DNA from: Tubiluchus corallicola
Taxonomy: Eukaryota; Animalia; Priapulida
Direction: 5' to 3'
Assembly: GCA_030141605.1 (NCBI GenBank)
Contig: JAQGDQ010000272.1
Location: forward strand, 186,001-250,000
Length of the DNA: 64,000 nucleotides
This document shows, in pieces, positions 13,811 through 23,721 of this stretch (positions are counted from its first letter, which is position 1; each line of letters starts with the position of its first letter). Under the pieces are notes generated by a model. The model did not search any database. It was not told the origin of the DNA and was given only the letters and a program-made list of their open reading frames with translations. The position numbers were made by a program, and so were the translations under genes.

Positions 13811-14265
13811 CCGTATTTTCCCGTGTATAAGAGACCCTTTTTTGCTCAGAATTTTCACTTTAAAAATAGGGGGTCTCTTATACATGGGAGTAAGTCTTTT
13901 CAATAAGATGCATAAATTGTGACACTAATGATTTTAAAGAAATAAGTGCTCTACAACTGTTTTGCGTGTCGCGTTCGACTATGAAGCGGTTGTAAGCAAT
14001 ACAAGCATCGTGACACAGGCATTATCTCCTCGTTTTCTCTTTTCCTGTTACAGGTTTGCAGGTACGCACTTTAATATATACCAGTACTCTTTTTCTACAA
14101 CACATTAACTGGTTTTATTTTGTTTTCAGTACCGCACTGAGTTGAAAAAAGTTGTACTTTACCCTCTAAAAATGTCCGTCTGAAAAAACTTTTTTCCAGA
14201 ATTTTTGCCTAAAAATTGAAGGGGTCTCTTATACACAAGGGTCTCTTATACATGGGAAAATACGG
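13811..14265. mobile_element. Tc1/mariner-pogo type MITE, apparently nested in an older MITE (~13412-14727)
   Basis: TA|CCGTATTTTCCCGTGTATAAGAGACCC ... GGGTCTCTTATACATGGGAAAATACGG|TA: long TIR with TA TSD. The flanks carry inverted agtacggtac/ccgtacc-rich ends. Confidence 0.85.
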
Positions 14266-16154
14266 TATTTCACACAAGCTATGCAGACTTTTTGAAACAG
14301 CGAATATGGGTAAAAACGGCACAGGTAAAAATGGCCAGGAAAATGCGTATTTTTTATCGTACACGGCAGCACGTTCCTGTACAATTCTCAGAAATAGAAA
14401 TTAGAGCATCGGGTTACATAAAGAGGTGTAAACAATATACCCAGTTTGTATGCGTACAACATTAAAGGTAAGTACGGGGGGGAAATGATCGGCGCTTCTG
14501 AACAATTTGCCGTTTTTTCATCCAAAGCGAACCAATTCAGACGTTTTGTTTGCGTGTGTTATATGTTAATTAGGGAGTACCTTAAGTCCCCACCCAAGAG
14601 GAAAAACAGGTCGTCATGCTGATTTGCTGACCAAAACAAAAACAAAAACCTGAGTAAAATGTGCAGAAAATGGTACGAAAAAAATACGGTAATTTCGTAT
14701 CGTAACGTTGCGTACTTCCATCTTTGCAGACAACTCATTAATGCGTGTTTCAATTGATAAAACTATTTGCAAACCTAAGTTTCATTGCATTACCCGCGGT
14801 GACTGATTTACTAGTTGGACTATCTACAATGACTGAAATTGCAGCACTTTTGCTAGAAGCAAAGAGTTCAAACATATGTGCTGTTTTTTTATCACGCTTT
14901 TTCTCATTTTTTGTCTAAAACTCTATCTTCCTTCCCCTTTTTCTCTCACTCTCAACCTCTTTATCTCAGTTGCCTTCTCTATTTGCAAACTGTCAACCTG
15001 TCTACCAAGCTCTTTTTCTGTTCACCCTTTCTCTCATTTTTGTTTAAATTCGCTCTCTCTTCCTTCCCTTCTTTCCCTCATATCCTCTTCTTAGTTGCCT
15101 TTTCTACTTGTGAACACTACTTACTTCCCCACTGCAGTACAATTAAATCTTTTATGATAACGATAGTGTATGAAACATAATAATTTATTACAGTGTTGTG
15201 TAACAATTTTGATGTTACCATGTATTACACGTTATTACATTGTACAGAAATGCATAAACATATTATGAAATGTCTAACAATTTCATAAAAAAGTTAATTT
15301 CAAAATTTTGCACATTCACAGTACCTTATATATATATATATATATGGTTGTTCCAGCACCAGACTTTCATAGATTGCAAATCTTGAAGCAGTTTTGACAC
15401 AGCAATTCTGTAATGTACACCAGCATAAAATTTGTATTATTTCAAGTTCGCGTTCATTTTCCTAGATCCTTTCAAATGATGAACCACTGCAGCCTTTAGG
15501 ACAGTGACCCATAGAGCAGAACAGAGGGACTCCTTTGTTACTGCTGAATATATATAGTATTTACAAGCATGAATCAACTTTTCCTAACATCGTCAAAATT
15601 GAAGATGATTCATGCTTGTAAATGCTATATACAGTTTGATACCCTTCAGCGTAGTTTTTATGTATGGGAAGAATACCTATTTTCACCGCTTGTTAATAAT
15701 AGTACTATACATGAATCTAATGGTAGTAATATACGTGAAGTGTATATTGGGCAGTATAGTAAGGCTGTGAAACAGCGAGTATAATCGTCTTTTATGGTTT
15801 ACTAATAAATATTTGGGAACCCCGCAAACTGGCAATGTTTATACAAAACAGTTATACAAACGTATAAAACAATGAACTAGTTATTAAGTCTGCCTGGTCG
15901 GTAGATGATTTACTACGTAGTTGCCTTATAGTCTTATACAGGCCTTTTTATTGCAATTCATTTAATACAAAAAGGCTACCAAACGCTGGTTTTATATTCA
16001 GCTTCAATGAAGTACATAAAATAATAAACTGGATGTCTGTAATCATGCCATATCTGTATCCGTAGAAACTGCTATAGTTTTCCCATTTACTTTTTTCAGA
16101 CTGCACGCAGTTTAAAAAATTGGCGTGAATAGTTCATGTATAAAATATAGTAAT

Positions 16155-16407
16155 ATATAAATGTCCATAAACGTATAGTACATAAAAAGGCGCTAGGCAT
16201 AGCTGAAATTATATGGCTGAAAAAGTAAGGGCCAATTACATATAAATACCCATAAATGTATAGCACATAAAAGGCGCTAGGCATATGTAAAAAAACTGAA
16301 ATTATATAGCTGAAAAAGTAAGTACCAATTATATATGAATGTCCATAAATGTATAGCACATAAAAAACGCTATGCATACCTAAAAAACCTGAAATTATAT
16401 AGCTGAA
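16155..16407. repeat. ~85-95 bp tandem repeat x3 abutting the truncated retrotransposon
   Basis: ccataaa(c/t)gtatag(t/c)acataaaa..cgcta.gcata...ctgaaattatat(a/g)gctgaa recurs three times. Confidence 0.85.
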
Positions 16408-19400
16408 TGTGCTGACCGTTATTTGGCAGCTAGGAGTAACAAGTCTTTCAGAAACCAGTATAGAGCAAAAGACTTGCAATTTCAAGAGAAAAATGGTGAC
16501 AATAAACAAAATGCAAATACTTTTATTAAAGGTTCCGACAGTAATATTCGTTGTCTTACTTGGGGCCATAGAAGTGCTGACTGTGCTCAAGCAAAGTTTC
16601 CTCAGAGTAGGAGTGAGCCTATTCAGAATAAAAATTATCCTAAAAACAAACCTACATTAGAGAAACAACCTAATAGAGCATCTCAGCAATATGTGGGTGT
16701 AAGACAAAATACTGATTCCACTAGTTCCTCTGATCAATGTGTAAATGACGATAACAAAATACCTGCACATACTAAACCATTTTGTTTCCCTGTTCGTGTC
16801 AATGGTTATGACCTTACATGCCAAAGAGACAGTGGTGCACATATGTCCATTTTGCATTCCAAGTTTGTTCATCCAAGACAAACAATACCGGCACTTCCGC
16901 TAAAATACGATGCAAACATGGTGATGTTAAAAGCTACCAACTTGCCAAAGTAATTGTGGAGAGTGACCGTATTTCTGGTTGGTTAGCTGTATGCATTTCT
17001 AACACTGCCCCGATCCCATTGTTGCTTCTTGGTAATGATATCGAGACGGCTTATGAACCTTTTCATAGTTCTTCAAATAAATTGCCCGATGCTCTACTCT
17101 GTGATCAATCTGTATCTGAGTCAGATCTTGGGCAGTCTGTTTCCATGGGCCGAAATCCACCAGCCTACCTATGTTGCAACAAGGTCTCAATTAGCACGTA
17201 TAGAAGTTGAAACAAGGCATGAAAGGGAACTTGAAGATAAACTCCAAATTCTTGCTACACCCCTTTCTCATCAAGTAGAAAAGAACACTTTGGATTATCA
17301 GAAGCTTCTAGAGTCTAATAGGCAGAAACTCATACAGGAACAAAAGGACGATATATCTTTACGTAATATCCGTGATCGTGCTGGTACTGAAGCTGAGGCA
17401 CAAGCTGTTGGTAAAGGGTATTACATACGTGACAATGTGCTATTTTACTTGGGTCGTGAGCGACGTGGTGATACACTAACCACATGAGTAATTGGTAGTA
17501 CCTAAATGTAGACGTCGTGAAATTTTGCACTTGGCCCATGATAATCCATTAGCTGGTCACACGGGAGAAAAGAAAACTTTACACCGAATTTCGGCAGAAT
17601 ATACTTGGCCTCACCTGAAGCGCAATGTGCAGCAATATTGCAAAACTTGCCTTCCTTGCTAAAAATCTTCACGTGTAAAAACTTCTGAACGTGCTACATA
17701 AAACCCCTCCCAACCCCTTCAGTTCCATTTCACACTATTGGTATTGACCTTATTGGACCCTTAAGCACTTCTCGGACACCTAGTGGCAATCGGTATGCAT
17801 TAGTAATTGTTGGCCATGCTACAAGGTATCCGGATTGCTATCATCTTTCCAATATTGAAACGACCACAGTTGTAAAAGCTTTACTTCAGTTCATTAGTCT
17901 GTATGGTATCCCAAGACAGATTATTACTGACAAAGGTACCCAGTTTACATCCCAGATGCTTAGAGATCTAGAAAAAACGCTTGGTGTCAAAGATATTACA
18001 ACCAGCCCATATCATGCTCAAGCTAATGGTTTGGTAGAGCGTTATAAACAAACTTTGAAACATTCAATTTGGAAACTCTTGCAGGAAAAGCACCCTATTC
18101 CTTGGGTTGAGATGATTCCAATGCTGTTGTTTGCATATAGAGAAGTTGTGCAAGAAAGTCTTGGTTATTCACCAAATGAGCTTGTTTTTGGATTTAAAGT
18201 GCATTATCCCCTTGCTGCTTACAGGGAAACACAGGGATTTGCACTTCCTACCAATGCTGAATCAATTGGTGAATACGTTAGTAGAATTATAAACTCATTT
18301 CAAGAGGCAACAGATAATGCCCATTCTTCCTTACATGATGCTAAAATAGCTCAAGAGAAATTATTTAATAATATGGCTAGTGCACGAACTCTACAGATTG
18401 GCCAGAAAGTCAATTCTTAAACCAGCAAAACCTGGTAAACTTAATTGTGGTCCCTATGTTGTAACCAATAAGATATCAGATGTGAACTACAAAATCGATA
18501 TGGGTGGAACAGGCAGAAAGAGAAAAATTCGATCATTCCATATTAACTTGTTGAAACCTTACCATGATCACGAGGAGCAGTTAATTCTCTATCACGGTCG
18601 TGTTAGTCAATGTTATTTTGGTTCTGCTGTCACTGATGAAGACATTTGTGATGTGTGTGTAGGCAGTAGTCCTGATAACAATGAAGTACTTGTGTATGAT
18701 AGGAAACTCAGTCCTTCTGAGGTTGGACAACTTCCTGATTATGCTGTTCCCCCCTTAGCTGTGGCTACACAGTCAAGTTTAGAAGACATCATGTTTCCAG
18801 ATTATTTGACTAAAGAACAGAAACAACAACTGAAGGTTGTTTGTGAGGAATTTGCCTCAAAATTTACTGATTTACCTGGACGTACTTCAGTCGTCCAACA
18901 TCACATTAACCTAACATATACGACACCGGTTAGGCAAAGGGCTTACCGTATCCCTTACCATCGACGAGAAATTGTCAAGAGGGAATTACATGAAATGCTT
19001 AGGCTTGAAGTAATATAGCTAGTCCTAGTCCTATTCCCCATAGTCCTAGTACCAAAAGGTGATAGCACAATCCGTTTCTGCGTTGATTATCGTTTGCTGA
19101 ACGCCCAGACTTCATTTAATGTGTATCCCATCCCACGTATAGACGACATCGTTGATGAGTTACATGGCGCAAAATTCATGTCGACACTTGATCTCAGCAA
19201 AGCCTTTTGGCAAATCAAGCTTTCAGAGGCTTCAAGGCCAGTTTCAGCCTTTATAACAGATATCGGAAAGTTCGAGTGGACTGTAATGCCATTTGGTCTT
19301 ATGAACTCAGCTCAGTCATGTCAAAGTCTCCTTGACAGAGTATTGGAATTTGTAACTCAATGTGCCAGAGGATACATTGATGATGTAATTGTTAAGTCTG

Positions 19401-20765
19401 CCACATGGCAAAAGCATTTGAGTGACCTCAAGGACGTCTTTGGTTGTATACGCACAGCAGGATTAACAGTGAAGCCAAGAAAATGTAATTTAGCTCAAGT
19501 AGAAACAAACTTTCTTGGATACGTAGTTGGGAAAAATCGACTTCGGCCTCAAATGTCCAAGGTGGAAAAAATGCAAAATTTTCTCCGTCCACAGACAAAA
19601 AACAAGTGCGTAGTTTTCTTGGTATGACAGGCTATTATGGTACAAAAGCAACCCCTCTTTATGCCTTGACTGAGGACAAGGCACCTAATCAAGTCGAATG
19701 GGATGATGCGTGTGAGGAGAGTTTTGTTGCTTTACGTGATGCTATAACATCTGACTCTGTACTTCACTCTCCAGACTTTTCCATAGAATTCATACTAACC
19801 ACAGATGCAAGTCTGATTGGCCTTGGGGGTGTACTATCCCAGATTCAGGGTGATTTAGGGGAAGTCCCAATCATGTACGTCAGTCACAAACTGACTCCTG
19901 CTGAGCGCAACTGCAGCGCAGTTGAAATAGAGCTGCTTGCAATAATTTTTTGTATCAAAAAATTGAAATTTTATCTTGAAGCAGTTACTTTTGTATTGAG
20001 AACGGATCAGCGTTCTCTATTGGCTTTGCCGAAAATCAAAAGAAATAATCGTAGGTTATGTAGATGGAGCGAATATACCTACAGAGTTGAATCTGTTAAA
20101 GGTACTGATAACAGAGTAGCTGATGCGCTCTCCAGGTTCTAAAGATTTCCTATGTTAAAGGAAAACCTTTTCTAAGATATGTGTTAATGAGTGCATAGAA
20201 TTTCAAATTGAATCAAGTATTATTTATGCATAGTTAATGATCATTTTGCCATTTAACGCTCTATTGTTGTTTTTTGCGTAATTGTTTTGTTATGTCTGCT
20301 TGGGTTTTCTCAGGATGGATTGAAAGGTTGATGAGTTAAGGGCCCAATTCTCTTCTTTTTAGATTGTTTTTGCTAACCGTGCTGGTTTGTTCTTTTTTAG
20401 TAGTATTGCATAACATGTTGTATATGATCACTGAGCTGCATATTTTTCTACTGTTGCGCAATGTTTGCTAAACGTTTTGATTATTATGACACTTTGCTGA
20501 TTATTTTGATTGTGACATTTTGCTAATTATGTTATTGTGTCATTTTGATAATGTTTTTTGTGTGTTTAGTGTTTGCTATATAATCTATTGTACTCGGAAC
20601 TTCATTTGAAAATTTCAGATATCCGAGTTTACTTGGAGGGGGGTATTGTGAGGTGTGTGTTGCTAATTCTGATAGTAAATGGCTTGCTTGGCTTGCATTG
20701 CTGTATGTGTTCTTTTATTTCATCATCTCCTCACCCCTGTCACTTAAATTGGTTTGTACGTTACA
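16402..20765 (+). mobile_element. Decayed Ty3/Gypsy LTR retrotransposon with integrase upstream of RT (Gmr1-like), 5' truncated
   Basis: In order: gag end with degenerate Zn knuckle (CLTWGHRSADC), protease (QRDSGA...LLLGND), integrase HHCC (AHDNPLAGH...CKTCLPC, ~17490-17660), DDE core (GIDLIGP, ITDKGTQF, NGLVERY), GPY/F module (CGPYVV...FHINLLKPY), RT (FCVDYR, YPIPRID, MPFGL, YIDD), RNase H (TDAS...ADALSRF*, stop at 20142). Polypurine tract ggagggggg at 20635-20643. Multiple stops and frameshifts. Confidence 0.93.
20647..20765 (+). repeat. Putative short 3' LTR of the Gmr1-like element
   Basis: Begins TGTGAGG 3 nt after the polypurine tract and ends CGTTACA (imperfect TG...CA inverted ends). 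No 5' LTR is present to confirm the right boundary. Confidence 0.5.
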
Positions 20766-20774
20766 TTCTATAAC

Positions 20775-20835
20775 TGACGTTCTGACCTAAGGCTAGGTAT
20801 AGAAAAACCGGAAAGCTGCGCACTGCGCCTGCCAT
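20775..20835 (+). promoter_or_regulatory. Candidate housekeeping-type proximal promoter of the SDR gene
   Basis: TGACGT (20775), ETS-like CCGGAA (20808-20813), NRF1-like TGCGCACTGCGCCTGC and GCCAT cluster 80-140 bp upstream of the ATG. Confidence 0.35.
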
Positions 20836-20914
20836 TAATCATCTAGACGTGGAAGTTAACAGTCCACCTTACATATGCTGGGTGCAGTTCATGTACGAAT
20901 TTCATATTCCTAAA

Positions 20915-21727
20915 ATGGATAGTGCAGAGAAAACCACAAGCAAACGAAAGCATGAGGGAAAGGTGGCCCTTGTTACATCATCGTCTTATGGAATCGGTTA
21001 TAGTATTGCAAGGCGTTTAGCTCAAGATGGTGCCCATGTCATGCTCAGCAGCAGCGTCAAGGAGAATCTGGATAAGGCTGTGAACTCTTTGAAAGCTGAA
21101 GGACTCTCAGTAAGTGGTACTTTGTGTAACGCCCTCAAAGAAGACGAGTGGCAACCGCTGATTGATGCTACCATAGCGAAATACGGAGGAATCGACATTT
21201 TTGTCGCAAACAGTGGAACTCTAGGTTTTGAAGGTTCGTTTGGACCCGTGATGGACGTGACGCAAAAGGGCTGGGACGAAATCTGGACGTTCAATCTTAA
21301 ATCTGGCTTCTTCCTAGCGAAGGCTGCTGCTACCAGTATGGAGAAACGAGGTGGAGGAAATATCATTTTTGTGGCATCAATAGTGGCATACCAAGCTTGT
21401 GGAGGTTGTGAGTTACTTCCTGGCATTGGGATGTACTCTGCCACAAAAACCGCCATGGTGGGTCTGATAGACGCTATGGCACCTCAATGTGCAGAAAAAG
21501 GAATACGAGTCAATGGAATTGCACCTGGCTTGATAAAGACTTATTTGACTCAACCACTTTGGGATACCCGAATTGCAGTCAGCGATTATGAAAATAGATG
21601 TCCCATGAAGCGTACTGGACAGACGGATGAGATGGCTGGAACAGTTTCCTTTCTATGTTCAGATGATGCAAGTTACATAACAGGAGAAACTATTGCTGTA
21701 TGTGGAGGCTATCCCACTAGACACTAG
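20915..21727 (+). CDS. DHRS4: Short-chain dehydrogenase/reductase, DHRS4/DHRS2-like, single coding exon (270 aa)
   Basis: GKVALVTSSSYGIGYSIARRLAQDGAHVMLSS, GGIDIFV, catalytic Ser (VASI) and YSATK, IRVNGIAPGLIKT, VSFLCSDDASYITGET all match the DHRS4 group. Uninterrupted ORF; AATAAA at 21791. The start at 20915 (aaaATGG) was chosen by context and homology. Confidence 0.85.
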   Translation: MDSAEKTTSKRKHEGKVALVTSSSYGIGYSIARRLAQDGAHVMLSSSVKENLDKAVNSLKAEGLSVSGTLCNALKEDEWQPLIDATIAKYGGIDIFVANSGTLGFEGSFGPVMDVTQKGWDEIWTFNLKSGFFLAKAAATSMEKRGGGNIIFVASIVAYQACGGCELLPGIGMYSATKTAMVGLIDAMAPQCAEKGIRVNGIAPGLIKTYLTQPLWDTRIAVSDYENRCPMKRTGQTDEMAGTVSFLCSDDASYITGETIAVCGGYPTRH

Positions 21728-23721
21728 TGACGAAATCATATTAATGTATCAATATGAGTGTTGTGGACAGGCTGAAGAAAAATGATGATTAATAAAAAAA
21801 ATTGTTTTTGATTTGTTTGGTTATTATAGTTTTTATATAGTTCTTTTTTTCGATTTATATTGGGTGGGAGAGCAGACATTAGTCGAAAACAATGCCTGCC
21901 CACATAATAAGCTACTTTGGCTGCAAAAATTAATTATATTACTACCACATTTTTAAACTGTTGCTCCGTGAAATTGATTGAAGTTTCCTTGCTTTGTGAG
22001 AAAGTAAATTGCCACAATCTCCGATAGCCTGAAAAATTAGTAAGAACACCAGGATACGTACTTAGCTGCGTCCTTCTTAGCTTTTTTTCTAGAATAAGGA
22101 CTGCATACTGGCTTAGCAAGTGTAGAAGTCTCACTTTTCTGCAGAAATTTTATTTAACACATTGCAATAATACCGAGCTTCTCAAAAACACTGGGAAAAG
22201 TTCGTCAGTGAAATTACGTAAAAGCTATTTATTAATAAATTAATTAATTATTAATATTAGACACATCATACTGAGTGTTAAAAGTATGAAATATGAGAAA
22301 GTATGCTTGCTAAATGAGAATATTCAATTTTTCAGAGCCAGTTCATCTGCCAGTCTGAGAATAAGACTATTTTCAATGTATGTTCAGACAGGATCAGACC
22401 ACTGTCAAAACGGGGCACCACGGCCACCACCTCTTACAGAACTATTGGGAGGACAGACAGGGTATTGCATCTGGCAATGTCTCAAAGCATAAACTACCTA
22501 GTGACAACAGTGACAATCGCAAGCAACCTGTTGAACACAGAATGAAATTTGAGCAACTTGGCCGCTGCGTACAGCCATTAGCCTAATTGAATTAAGTATT
22601 TCACTTCACTGTCATACCTAGAGTAACCCTAAATGCATAGATAATAAAAATTTTATTTGTGCAAAGCTGGGTCAAAAGCCACGTAGTGAGCAAGTCTTCA
22701 TTTATTTTTCTTTGGACTCTATCTGCTCTTACAGTTTTTAGCTAGGGCCACAATTTTTGGTATAGTTTGGGAAACAAATGTTTCCAGGCGTCAAGCCGCT
22801 TAAGCGACGCTAGCTTGTAGTACATTAATAGAAACGTCTCGATGAGGTGAAGTGAGTGGTATAAAAGTTGGGAAGTCATTGGTTGACCTCTGACCCACGG
22901 GTCACGGGTTAAAAATTTACAAGTTCCGATTTCAATTTGAAGTGCAATTCCTACGTAATTGCAATGCGAATTCTGTAAAATCAAAATTATGCCATTCAAG
23001 CAAAAAGCTGACGTCACTTCAAGGCCTAATCCTGTAATTGTTATTTGCAAAATCTTCAGTTTCTGATCACGTCAGAAACGTCAGCTAGTTTTATTTGTCT
23101 TTTAAAAAAGATGATTCCAAAAAGTATGTTTAATATCGCAGCATTGATTAACTTATTCCCAAGTATCCTGTTACAGTTTGTATCTCTTCCCTAGAATAAC
23201 TTACCTGTGCAAACGCGACGTTTGGTTCCTCTTTGAAAGCGAATCCCTGTAACATGGATTCCAAATTAGCCAGAGAAAATCAATACACGCGGCTTCTAGT
23301 GCAGAATGCTGCCCCTGGCAACCGTGTGCGCTGCTGCAGTACCAACTTTTATGATGCGTGCTCACAAACAGATGCAAATTATACAGCGGTTTGTCGCAAA
23401 ATTGTGGCTAAATTAAAGCTGAATTCATATTCAGATACTTTGAGGATTTGACCAGTGTTTTCGTCAGATAAAGTGTTTTCTGGGGGTTTTGTGAGCTGTG
23501 CAAAATTTTCAAGGCAACGCCCAACCGGCTTCATCGATATAGATTTGACAAATATCACTTGTTGCATGTAAGAATGGCGGCACATTCAGCCAAAGAAGCC
23601 AACCGCAAGATATGGGGAAGCCGGTTAATGCCGAGTCGATTTCTCTTTCAATGAAATCCGCTATTTACAACTGAGTCTGAGAAAAATCTGAGACTATTGT
23701 AAAGGCGAACAGACCAGAAAG

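Noticed and set aside
16096-16590. 164 aa hydrophobic minus-strand ORF suggesting an env or membrane protein
   Set aside because: It spans a tandem repeat and the antisense strand of gag, so it is a compositional artefact.
16402-20142. Ty1/copia assignment based on INT-before-RT order
   Set aside because: RT, RNase H and GPY/F motifs are Gypsy-type; copia YVDD, GKGY-type integrase context and ADIFTK motifs are not in their expected positions.
20849-20914. N-terminal extension of the SDR ORF
   Set aside because: The track starts at a GTG. Homology begins near ATG 20915, although the in-frame ATG at 20891 cannot be excluded.
21022-21456. 144 aa antisense ORF
   Set aside because: Shadow of the SDR coding strand with no recognisable motif.
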